Below, one piece after another: positions 52,128 through 64,000 of a stretch of 64,000 nt of DNA (position 1 is its first letter; every line of letters starts with the position of its first letter). The notes under the pieces were generated by a model that saw nothing but the letters and a program-made list of their open reading frames with translations, was not told where the DNA came from and ran no database searches. Position numbers and translations under genes: made by a program. The stretch comes from Octopus vulgaris (Eukaryota). Location of the stretch: contig OX597833.1 of the NCBI GenBank assembly GCA_951406725.2, positions 3,286,001 through 3,350,000 on the forward strand. The letters are read 5' to 3'.

Positions 52128-52636
52128 GCTCGCGCGAGAAGACCCAGCAGGACAAGTGAGTCCATAACCCGTGGCCTTCTACATGGGATGGAGCCAGCCT
52201 ACATATGCATACCTTCCCTTCTTGGGACACAAAACTCTACTTGTGAAGACCTGTTGAGGCAAGTGAGGATCAGAATCGAAATCGATCAATGGAAATTGCA
52301 GATGTGTTACCAGTGCCGGTGGCATGTAAGAGAACCTTCCGTTTCGCGACCGTTGCCAGCGCTGCCCCGACTGGCCTCGTGCCGGCGGCACGTAAAAAGC
52401 ACCATCCGTTCGTGGTCGTTTGCCAACTCTGTCTGGCACCTGTGCGGGTGGCACGTAAAAAGCACCCACTACACTCACGGAGTGGTTGGCATTAGGAAGG
52501 GCATCCAGCCGTAGAAACACTGCCAGATTTGACTGGGCCTGATGAAGCCTTCTGGCTTCACAGACCCCAGTAGAACTGTCCAACCCATGCTAGCATGGAA
52601 AACGGACGCTAAACAATGAGGATGATGATGATGATG

Positions 52637-52637
<1 letters not shown>
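52128..52637 (+). mobile_element. RTE 3' end: ORF stop region, 3' UTR with ~3 modules and (GAT)n tail
   Basis: gagaagacccagcaggacaagtgagtccataacccgtggcc matches 22672-22712; GGCACGTAAAAAGCACC occurs twice, with a diverged third copy. Confidence 0.88.
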
Positions 52638-52682
<45 letters not shown>

Positions 52683-52702
52683 TTATGCATATATATATAT
52701 AT

Positions 52703-52872
52703 ATATTCTGTTGTTTCTGGGGAGAGTCATTTTCTTTTTGTGCCTTATTATGTAACACACTCACCAGTAAAATTTCCACTAAAAATAAGAAATAAGTGGA
52801 AATTTTACTGGTGAGTGTGTTACATAATAAAGCACAAAAAGAAAATGACTCTCCCCAGAAGCAACAGAATAT
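52703..52872. repeat. 78-bp inverted repeat, 14-nt spacer, next to (TA)n
   Basis: Arms 52703-52780 and 52795-52872 are near-perfect reverse complements. Confidence 0.9.
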
Positions 52873-52937
52873 GCTTCAACACACGAACTCATATTAAGTA
52901 TCTTGCAAACCAAATCCACAAACGATATTTTTTTTTT

Positions 52938-53167
52938 TAGTTTCAGCTCAGAGCTGCGGCCATGCTGGGGCACCGCCTTGAATTTTTAGTCAAAAGAATT
53001 GACCCCATTAATTATTTTTTAAAGCCTGGTACTTATTCTATCAATCTCTTTTGTCAAACCACTAAGTTTTGGGATCACAAATACACGAATACCAGTTGTC
53101 AAGCACTGGTGGAAGGACAAACACAAAATACACACACCCATAGATATACATACACACACACACACAT

Positions 53168-53198
<31 letters not shown>

Positions 53199-53352
53199 AT
53201 GGGCTTCTTTCAGTTTCCGTCTACCAAATTCCCTCACAAGGCTTAGGTCAGCCCAAGATAGCTATAGTAGAAAACACTTGCAGAAGGTGCCACACAATGG
53301 GACTGAACCCGGAACCATGTGATTGGGAAGCAATCTTCTTACCACACAGCCA
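52938..53352 (-). mobile_element. SINE family A variant with alternative terminal hairpin and poly(A)
   Basis: Diverged body; 3' end (reverse complement) ggcggtgccccagcatggccgcagctctgagctgaaact(a)n. Confidence 0.75.
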
Positions 53353-54311
53353 ATGATATGAAAGACAGGTTGTTGCCCCACACACCAGGCCCACACTGAT
53401 CCAAAGGAGCAACACAACTGTCCTTCATACCAATTTGGCACTAGTATCTTTGCAGGAGTTGCCAGAATAAGTTTTTAGACCAGCAGTTCATAACTGTGAC
53501 CTTCAAGCATCCTTCTGGAAGCCATCCATGCCCTTCCCTCTATAAATATAATAAATCTTTCTCTAATCAACTTGTGTTTTACTTTTCCTGGTGCAGACCC
53601 CTAAAAAAACAAATCCAGGTTTTGGATCTGGCCTGGATATTAAAAAGGTTGAGACCCACTAGTGTAGACAACATGAGACTGCCTCAAGGGTTCCAACAAC
53701 TGGTTTTACCTGAGGGTTTACCCACAAAATCTTTCCCAGCTCAGCTAACCCATTACAATCTGTTGCATGGCAGGTTGTCAATGACTAAACTGGTGACCCC
53801 ATTAAACTTGTTTGGTGGAGAGGGTTATTATTGGACCCTGCCCAAATAAATTGCTAATTAACCCACAGTTGGGACCCTGGCAGGTTTCCTCTACTCAAAG
53901 TCAGAGTAGACCTGGGAGCATTAATAACTAAGAGATGGTTCCACATTCCTCAAAACCTCAGAACACCCAAACCAGAGGCCCTACTATCGAATACCATTAA
54001 AAGTCATACCCAGAACATATCTATAACCACTGTAAATAACAGCAACATCAACAACAGCACCTGCTGTATCGCACTAAATATTGCAACAGTTGTAACCTCA
54101 AGATGCTTATGACCACTGTATGCTAAATATGGAGATATATAAATGATGTTTTTATCTCACCGAAACAGCTGTCAAGACCATTTGTATTATGAATCATGTG
54201 TAAAATTTATGCTTTATTGGTTCTTGGAATATATTGCTCTCAATTATTGTCTTAGTTGAGTCTGTACATACAAGTATGCAGAGTTTATTCCATCAATATT
54301 TATTGTATTTT

Positions 54312-55137
54312 AGGGCTGCAAACTGGCAGAATTGTTAGCACACTGGGCGAAATGCTTAGCAGTATTTTGGCTGCCGTTATGTTCTGAGTTCAAATTCCGC
54401 CTTTCATTCTCAGTGTGCATGTACATGCATTCATGTGTGCATGTACATGCAAGCATGTGTGTGTGTGTGTGTGTATGCATGTGCATACATGCATATATGT
54501 GTAGGTGTGTGTGTGTGCATGTGTATGCGTGTGGTATACATGTATGTTTATGTATTAAGTACCAGTTGCATACTGGTGTTAATGTAATTGATTGGAGACC
54601 CCCTCCCAAAAAATTTCAGGCCTTGTGCCCAGAGTAGAAAAAAATATTTACTGCATTTTGGAGTGGCAAGTTGGCAGAATCATTAGCACACCGGTCGCAA
54701 TGCTTAGCGGTATTTCAGCTGCTGTTACATTCTGAGTTCAAATTCTGCTTCGGTTAACTTTGCCTTTCATCCTTTCAGGGTCAATAAATTAAGTACCAGT
54801 TGCATACTGAGGTCGATCTAATCGACTGCCTCCCACCACCACCACCACCACCTCCCTAAAAATTTCGGGCCTTGTGCCCAGAGTAGAAAAGAATATTTAC
54901 TGCACTTTGGGACAGTGAGCTGGCAGAATCGTTAGCACACCGGACGAAATGCTTAGCGGTATTTCAGCTGCTGTTACATTGTGAGTTCAAATTCCGCTGA
55001 GGTCAACTTTGCCTTTCATTCTTTCAGAATCAATTATATAAGTACCAGTTACGCACTGGGGTCGATGTAATCCCTTTGTCTCTCCTTGTTTCCCCCCTCT
55101 ATGTTTAGCTCCCCTGTGGGCAATAAGGAAATAAATA
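54312..55137 (+). mobile_element. Three consecutive SINE B copies, each followed by tatttactgca
   Basis: Heads at ~54312, ~54660 and ~54912; two carry an alternative tail aaaatttc(a/g)ggccttgtgcccagagtagaaa. Confidence 0.78.
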
Positions 55138-55371
55138 TTTACTGCATTTTAATTATGTATTAGAATTTAACGATGTGTTAATAATGGAGGTCTTAAATAT
55201 TATTTTATGACATACAAGTTTTACTGTGAGCAAATTTTGACTTTCCTTGCCGAGTACTTGCGCATGCGCACGAGGAACCCTCATTCAGGTAGTTTCAATT
55301 TAAAAATTCCATTTTCCACCTGGAAAATCTTGTGTGTCTACATTTTGTTTTGCTTTTTCCAAGTTGTAAAA

Positions 55372-55915
55372 TGTGTGTGTGTATGTGTGTGTGTGTGCAT
55401 GTATGTGTGTATGTGTGCATTTGTTTGTGTGTGCGTGTGTACATACATGGATGCATATGTGTGTGTGGATGTGTCTATGTGTGGTGTACAAGCATGCATG
55501 TGTGTGTATGTGTGTATGTACATGCATGCATGTGTGTGTGTACATGCATGCATGTGTGTGTTTGTGTGTGTATACATGCATGCATGTGTGCATATGTGCT
55601 TGTGTGTGTATGTGTGTATGTGTGGTGTACATGCATGCATGTGCGTGTATGTGTATGTGTGTGTATGTGTGTACATGCATGCATGTAAGTGTGTGTGTTT
55701 GTATGTGTGTGTACATGCATGCATGTGTGTGTATGTGTGCATAGATGCATGTATGTGTACATGCATGTTTGTGTATGTGTGCTTGTGTGTATGTGTATGT
55801 GTGCATGTGTGTATGTGTATGTACATGCACGCATGTGTATGTACGTCTATGTGTGCATATCTGTGTATATGCATGAATGCATGCATCTATGTTTGTGTGT
55901 GTCCGTGTGTCCGTG
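55372..55915. repeat. Mixed alternating purine-pyrimidine (TG/TA/CA)n tract
   Basis: Direct reading. Confidence 0.85.
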
Positions 55916-56176
55916 TCCCCTTGCCAGCAAACACTTACCTTGGAGGGAAAACTGGTCCTTGGAGGACTCAAAGTGGAGTTTCCCTTATTGCTAACATTGA
56001 TGTCAGGCCTTGGTTTAAGAATGAATTCCTCTCTTACTTCCTCCCTTTTGGGACCCTCACATAAATGAAGGGCCATAAAGAATGCCTTTTCTTTTTTGAT
56101 GAACCAGTAAAAAAGAAAAAACGAAAGGAGAAAAGCTGATTCCAGTTGGAATGAAACTCATTGCTAAAAGGTTTAA

Positions 56177-56396
56177 CCCTTTAGTGTTCGCATTATTCTG
56201 CCAAAATTAATCCTTTTTATCCATATTGTTTTAAACTAATCATGCATTATCTTGTAGCTTTGAGATTTTGATGAGGTAGCTGTTAATTTTTAAAATGATA
56301 TTGTAGGGTTGGTGTGAGAGACCAGATATGGCCAGTTTGAACATCAAACAGGCAGAATACTTTTTGCCGGATATGGCCAGTTTAAATGCTAAAGGG
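56177..56396. mobile_element. piggyBac-like MITE
   Basis: TTAA-CCCTTTAG...CTAAAGGG-TTAA. A diverged second copy lies at 57833-58052. Confidence 0.78.
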
Positions 56397-57221
56397 TTAA
56401 ATAATTGCCACAAGTAGTAGTAGTAGTTTCAAACAAAGGCACATAGCCAGAAATTTGCTCAGCACCCAGAGCAATTGTCTTCTGTCTCTTCAGGCCACCA
56501 TATACATGGTCTGAACAATAAGTATCCGGACCGTTGCCATAGTAACGAAGTTAAAGCATGCAGAGTAAAGCCACTTGGCACAGATTGAGGTTCTAGAACT
56601 GTAAGGTCCTGGGTAACTATCAAATATTTTTATGCTTTGAGGTAGCACCCTCAACCCAGTGAATCATCCAGGATGCGACGGTAGGAAAGGTGGCTTAAAT
56701 CCTTAAATCCTTAAAAATGTTTTAGCCCGAAGGCCGTGGCCATGCTGGGGCACCACTGCTGAACTACAGCTTTTTTTTTTTTATTGGCTCCTGAAAGGAT
56801 ATAAAACAAAGTTGACTTCAGTGAGATTTGAACCCTGAGGTCACAGACTGAAAGCAAATATCATAATGTATTTTGTCCAATGCTTTACCGATTCTTCCCA
56901 TTGACTCCATTATAAAGGAGTGTAGTTAAAGCATTTTATCTTTTGCTTTCCTGATTTTACAGCGGAACAGCTTAATGAAATTAATTATTAAAATGAATTA
57001 ATTACTTAAACGAAGACAAAAGCAAACGGCAATCTCTGATGATATTAAAATGCCAGGCATGTAAATGGCCATTAAATCTGGGTGACGTAACATCAAGACG
57101 TAAATGGCACAATCCCTTTTCGTATCTTTGCATCTGATTCCTATCAAGGATTAAACAGATAAGTGGAGAATTAAAGCTTTAATACTTTTGACCCTTCCCA
57201 TTCTTTATATCCATGGTGGAT

Positions 57222-57603
57222 AGGCGCAGGAGTGGCTGTGTGGTAAGTAGCTTGCCTACCAACCACATGGTTCCGGGTTCAGTCCCACTGCGTCGCATCT
57301 TGGGCAAGTGTCTTCTGCTATAGCCCCGGGCCGACCAATGCCTTGTGAGTGGATTTGGTAGACGGAAACTGAAAGAAGCCTGTCGTATATATGTTTGTGT
57401 GTCTGTATTTGTCCCCCTAGCATTGCTTGACAACCGATGCTGATGTGTTTACGTCACTTAGCGGTTTGGCAAAAGGGACCGATAGAATAAGTACTGGGCT
57501 TACAAGGAATAAGTCCCGGGGTCGATTTGCTCGACTAAAGGCGGTATTCCAGCATGGCCGCAGTCAAATGACTGAAACAAGTAAAAGAGTAAAGAGTAAA
57601 GAG
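57222..57603 (+). mobile_element. SINE family A, full length
   Basis: Match to the family consensus. Confidence 0.92.
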
Positions 57604-57832
57604 TGGGAGGCAAATCAGGAGAGTCATTGGAGCATCAAGCAAAATTTGTTGAAATTTTTTGTGTTCTCAGTTCAAATCCAGCTGCAATCAACTTTACTTT
57701 TATTCCTTCTTGGGGCAATAAAAAAATGATAGTCTCAGATGATGGACTGGCGGGATTGTTAGGGTGTAGGGACAAGATGCCTTGTGGTATTTGTTCCAGT
57801 TCTCTGTGTTGGGAATTGTGAGGGTTACTTGA

Positions 57833-58052
57833 CCCCTTAGCATTCACATTGTTCTGTCAAATGTGACGCTTATTTATTGAAGTTGTTTCCAGTTGATTAT
57901 ACGTTATTTTGTAGCTTCAAAATTTCAGTGATGTGATTGTTTAGTTTTAAAACGACATTGTAGGGTGAGTTGGAGAGGTCAGAACTGGCCAATTTGAGGA
58001 TAAAACAAGAAGAATATTTTGGCCTGATATGGCTGGTTTAAATGCTCAAGGG
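57833..58052. mobile_element. piggyBac-like MITE, diverged copy
   Basis: Collinear with 56177-56396; ends ccccttagcatt / tttaaatgctcaaggg. Confidence 0.62.
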
Positions 58053-58105
58053 CTGAACCATTCCCAGGTTTAACGCCATTGTCTGGTAGCTGGGGCCCAT
58101 AGCAG

Positions 58106-59055
<950 letters not shown>

Positions 59056-59504
59056 CTGGTCTTCAGTTGCCTTCAGTGGAGTCCACTCAGTTTCAAGCAT
59101 TTGAATTAGACACGTCTTCTTTCTCGTCACCATCCAGTCTCATTTGTGGGCATGTCCCTTCCTACTCGACATGTTGCATGAACACCGAAGCGTAAACAGC
59201 TGCACAATTTACATTTGCAAGCTTTGCCAGTTTCCACAATTCTTGCAGTCACAGGCCATTACAGATAACAGTTACAAGCCATTGAAACTGAAGCTATTGT
59301 TACAAGCCACGAACCATTGCAAGCCGTTGCAGCTTACATTTACAAGCTGTTGCAACTGAAACTATTGTTAAGAGCCACAAACCATAAAGTTGTGGGCTAT
59401 TGTTGCTCACGGATGCACATCCCTTGGTCTCTGCAGCATTAAAAACCCCTCGAAACCATTGTTGCTTAAACTACTGTTACAAGCTACAAGCCATTGCCGC
59501 TTAC

Positions 59505-59615
59505 ATGTGTGGTAAGAAGCTTGCGTGGTACTTTGGACAAGTGTCTTCTACTATAGCCTCAGGCCGACCAAAGACTTGTGGATGGATTTGCTAGACAGAA
59601 ACTTAAAGAAGCCCG

Positions 59616-59670
<55 letters not shown>

Positions 59671-60395
59671 GGGCTTCTTTCAATATATACATACATCATC
59701 ATCATCATCATCATCGTTTAACGTTCGTTCTGCATGCTAGCATGGGTTGGACGGTTCGACCGGGGATCTGGGAAGCCAGAAGGCTGCACCAGGCTCCGGT
59801 CTTATCTGGCAAAGTTTCTACAGCTGGATGCCCTTCCTAACGCCAACCACTCCGTGAGTGTAGTGGGTGCTTTTTACATGCCACCTGCACTGGTGCCATA
59901 TATATATATGACGGGCTGGTTTCAATATGTGACCGCATGTATATCGTTGGCAACTGTTTTCCTCCATCTTCCCTTCCTTGGATCTTTCCTTTTCCTATGT
60001 TTCTGACGAAGAGCTCCGCTCGAAACATTAAATCTTCCTTCTTTCTTTCCTTTCCTGAGCGTCCAATAACACTATACTTGTTCCATGTCCTCGCATTATT
60101 GTGTTTTCTCTTTGTGTTTTCATGTTTGGATTAACTATACACACACACAAACACACACACACACATGTATATGTATATGTTTGTGTATCTGTGTTTGTCC
60201 CCTACCATCGCTTGACAACTGATGCCGGCATATTTACATCCCTGTAACTTAGTGGTTCAGCAAAAGATACTGACAGAATAAATACTAGGCTTACCAAGAA
60301 TAAACCCTGCGGTCAATTTGCTCGACTAAAGGTGTTGCTCCAGCATGGCCGCAGTCAAATGACTGAAACAAGTAAAAGAGCAAAATAGTAAAAGA
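59505..60395 (+). mobile_element. SINE family A split by nested insertions (RTE tail 59695-59898 on minus; hammerhead element ~59905-60137)
   Basis: Head 59505-59617 and tail 60170-60395. Confidence 0.75.
59999..60033 (+). ncRNA. Minimal hammerhead motif, stem III mutated
   Basis: gttt CTGACGA a gagc-tcc-gctc GAAA ca t t aaat; paralog of 46925. Confidence 0.58.
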
Positions 60396-60450
60396 GATAG
60401 ATAGATATGATAGATATACCTACATATATATAGATATATACATATATTAT

Positions 60451-60757
60451 GTGGAGGCACATGGCCTAGTGGTTAGAGCAGCAGATTCGCAGTCGAGGGA
60501 TCGCAGGTTCGAATCTCAGACCAGGCGATTTGTGTGTTTACGAGTGAAACATCTTAGCTCCACGTGGCTCTGGCAGAATTTAATGGCAAGACTTCTGCTG
60601 ACTCTTTTGCCACAACTTTCTCTCACTCTTTCCTCTTGCATCTTGCAGCTCACCTGCGACGGACTGGCATCCCGTCCAGGTGGGGGAACCTATACGCCAA
60701 GGAAAGTGGGAAGCCAGCCCTTACGAGCCAGGCATGGCTCGAGAAGGAACAAACAAA
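60451..60757 (+). mobile_element. SINE family C variant (V-domain-like tail)
   Basis: A box tggcctagtgg, B box ggttcgaatc; tail ctgcgacggactggcatcccgtccagg. Confidence 0.83.
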
Positions 60758-60914
60758 TGTATATTATAGGTTTGCGTATATATATTTTTGCATCCAGTGT
60801 GTTGTATTTGCACTAAGTTATACACTATTCGACCCCTTTTTCATTAACAGAATCTCTACTTTATTTACATTATTTACATTTGACGGATATTTGTTCCCAT
60901 CTTGTTTGTTGTTA

Positions 60915-60958
60915 ACACAACGTTTCAGCTGATATACCCTCCAGCCTTCATCAGGTGT
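60915..60958 (-). ncRNA. Minimal hammerhead motif (intact core)
   Basis: Minus strand: acac CTGATGA a ggctg-gagggtatat-cagct GAAA cg t t gtgt. Confidence 0.7.
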
Positions 60959-61006
60959 CTTGGGGAAATTTCGAACCTGGGTTCTCATTCCTAAGGTATT
61001 TTTCAA

Positions 61007-61059
<53 letters not shown>

Positions 61060-61161
61060 TCACTGCTTGGAATCAAACTCAGAATCTTAGGGTTAGTAGC
61101 ATCGAAAAATACCTTAGGAATGAGAACCCAGGTTTGAAATTTCCCCAAGACACCTGATGAA

Positions 61162-61393
61162 GGCGGTGAGTTGGCAGAATCATTAGCACGCCGGGCGAAA
61201 TGCTTAACAGTATTTCGTCTGCCGTTACGTTCTGAGTTCAAATTCCGCCGAGGTCGACTTTGCCTTTCATCCTTTCGGGGTCGATAAATTAAGTACCAGT
61301 TACGCACTGGGGTCGATGTAATCGACTTAATACCTATGTCTGTCCTTGTTTGTCCCCTCTGTGTTTAGCCCCTTGAGGGCAATAAAGAAATAG
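61162..61393 (+). mobile_element. SINE family B monomer
   Basis: ggcggtgagttggcagaatc...aataaagaaatag. Confidence 0.9.
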
Positions 61394-62049
61394 GTATATC
61401 AGCTGAAACATTGTGTTAACAACAAACAAGATGAGGACAAATATCCGTCAAATGTAAATAATGTAAATAATGTATATAATTCCTCATCTCTTAAATATAG
61501 AACTGGAATACCTACTTCTTATGGAATTCTTCGTTCTGCTAACCTCAATACCAGGTGCATATTTATCTGACCAAGTACACAAACAGTAAATAATTTCTGT
61601 TTACAGTTTCTGCGAAAATGTGTTTATTCTTGATTTCTCTTTTTGATAAATTACTTACTTTAATTCATCATCATCGTTTAAAGGCCGCTTTCCATGCTAG
61701 CATGGGTTATGGGGCATAAAAAGATGACCTACATTTTATACCCAGATGCAATGCTTTACTTTTATTCATGTTATCGTTTCAAAACTGTCACGTGCAGCAG
61801 ATTCAAATCTGCTCTGACAAGCTTTCATATTGTATACACAAATTTCAACTTTATTTTGCTATAAACAGATGTTTTGTATGACATGTTTATTGCTGTTCTA
61901 TATCACTTTCAGCTATAATTATTATTAAACCAGATAAGGTTGAGAGCAGGGGTGTCAAATACACAGCCATAGGGTCAGATTCAAGCACTTGAGCATTTTT
62001 ATAAAAAACAATAATATTTTTTTTTTTTTTTAGTTTTCAAACATATATA

Positions 62050-62482
62050 CAGGAGTGGCTGTGCGGTAAGAAGCTTGCTTCCCAACCACATGGTTCCGGG
62101 TTCAGTCCCACTGCATGGCACCTTGGGCAAGTGTTTTCTTATATAGCCTCAGGCCAACCAAAGACTTATGAGTGGATTTGGTAGACGGAAACTGAAAGAA
62201 GCCCGTCGTATATATGTGTGTGCATGTGTGTGTGTGTGTGTGTGTGCGTGTGTGTGTGTGTGTGTGTACTTGTTATTTTTATCTGTATTTGTTCCTCCAC
62301 CATCGCTTGACAACCGGTGTTGGTGTGTTTACATCCTCATCACTTAGCAGTTCAGGAAAAAGAGACCAATAGAATAAGTGTTAGGCTTACAAAAGACTAA
62401 GTTCTGGGGTCAATTTGTTTGACTAAAGGTGGTGCTCCAGCATGGCCGCAGTCAAATGACTGAAACAAGTAAAAGAATAAAA
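62050..62482 (+). mobile_element. SINE family A
   Basis: Match to the family consensus. Confidence 0.9.
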
Positions 62483-63451
62483 GACTGCTTTTAAAATATA
62501 TATGACATTCGAAGCCTGGTGCAGCCTTCTGGCTTGCCAGACTTCAATCAAACCGTCCAACCCAGGCCAGCATGGAAAGTGGCTGTTAAACGACAACAAC
62601 GATGATGATTCATTCAGAGTTGGGGCTTGACATGATTGCCAATGGTTCCACTTAGCCAAACTAATGCATCTTAGGTAATCCTTTGTAATCTCAACCAATG
62701 CAAAAGAAGTTCATGAATTCATATACTAAAATATGTGATTTATTTTCCCCTCACTTTGTCTATACTCACTATCTCAAATAGAAGTATTTTTTTATATTTT
62801 TTTTTGTTTTTCACATTTAAACAAACGTTTTTCTGAAGGAATCCAAGTGAAAAGAACATTATAGAAAGATTTTGCAGCTGAAATACGGTGTGAGATTTCT
62901 ATAAAACTTTGGTCTTCTCAAGAACTGTATGCATTCATTACAGCATATCAAAGACTTGATTCTTTAATGTGTCCTTCATATTGTTTAAGTCACCATCATT
63001 CTGTCAACTCTTCAGGTATAGTCTATCTAGGAATACACTTTCAAATGTAGCCTTGCTTTGTTCATTTTTTTTAAAATAGCATATTGTGATTTGAGGGAGA
63101 TTTTTGGCTGCTATTGTTATCAAACAAAGAGCATGTAGAAGCTCCCTCTTTAGTTTCAATATTTCTATTTATTGATTGTCATAGTAAAGTTTTCCTGATA
63201 TTCTTTTGTACTTTTGATTTAATCTCCTGCTAAGCAGATAAAAATGGATAAAAAGGATATTGCTTTATCAGACAATGATATTATATTTTTTAGGAAATAA
63301 ATAAATATCTTTAATACTATTTTATATATTTCAATTATTAAAAAAGAATTTTATATTTTCAAATCTTTTGCTGAGTATACAATATCATTTACTATCCATT
63401 ATCATATACAATATAATATCTCTTAATAAGAGGTTAAAAATCTCTTTTATA

Positions 63452-63855
63452 TACTCTTTTACTCTTTTACTTGTTTCAGTCATTTGACTGCGGCCATGCT
63501 GGAGCACCGCCTTTAGTCAAGCAAATCGACCCCGGGACTTATTCTTTTTGTAAGCCCAGTACTTATTCTATCGGTCTCTTTTGCCGAACCGCTAAGTGAC
63601 GGGGACGTAAACACACCAGCATCAGTTGTCAAGCAATGCTAGGGGGACAAACACACACACATACACACACATATATATATATATATACATATATATACGA
63701 CAGGCTTCTTTCAGTTTCCGTCTACCAAATCCACTCACAAGGCATTGGTCGGCCCGGGGCTATAGCAGAAGACACCTGCCCAAGATGCCGCGCAGTGGGA
63801 CTGAACCCGGAACCATGTGGTTGGTTAGCAAGCTACTTACCACACAGCCACTCCT
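63452..63855 (-). mobile_element. SINE family A
   Basis: Match to the family consensus. Confidence 0.92.
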
Positions 63856-64000
63856 AATTATTTTTTATTATTTTAGCTTTTTATTTCAAATACTAAACAG
63901 CAGAAAGGCATAAATTTTACATATGCCTCTTAATTTACTTTCCACAGCTATCTCAATGGTGTTTCTTCTGATTAGATGGGTAACGGTCACATTTTAATTA

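Larger units (their letters stand above)
60860..61470. repeat. Inverted repeat (~145-bp arms) with hammerhead motifs; right arm split by a SINE B
   Basis: 60860-61004 is the reverse complement of 61104-61164 plus 61393-61470. Confidence 0.82.

Noticed and set aside
53360-54010. Possible LINE 5' region or exon
   Set aside because: Complex sequence, but I could not recognise any protein motif or paralog in the window, so it is left uncalled.
61087-61097. Telomeric TTAGGG seed
   Set aside because: Fewer than two units; expected by chance.
61946-61985. hAT-like terminus caggggtgtcaaa (and a mariner-like end at ~56503)
   Set aside because: Only one end is visible; no partner TIR or TSD.

Overview
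Eukaryotic, repeat-saturated, non-genic DNA. The SINE families, microsatellite density and LINE remnants look like an octopus/cephalopod genome (inference). I find no supportable intact protein-coding gene; the long ORFs in the track come from tandem repeats or microsatellites. Contents: (1) a ~5.7 kb 66-bp satellite and a ~0.7 kb 63-bp array, both amplified from one module in the 3' UTR of an RTE-clade LINE, whose ORF end and short-module copies are also present; (2) a decayed Penelope-like reverse transcriptase, missed by the ORF track and split by a SINE dimer; (3) several minimal hammerhead-ribozyme motifs with palindromic stem III, some inside large inverted repeats next to (TA)n; (4) 5'-truncated restriction-like-endonuclease (R4/Dong-like) LINE ends stacked in (TAA)n, and a distinct family in (TACA)n; (5) three tRNA-headed SINE families showing tandem multimers, tail swapping and nesting; (6) non-autonomous Helitrons, mariner and piggyBac-like MITEs, a mariner transposase relic and a CR1 relic. 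Coordinates were read by eye and may be off by a few bases.
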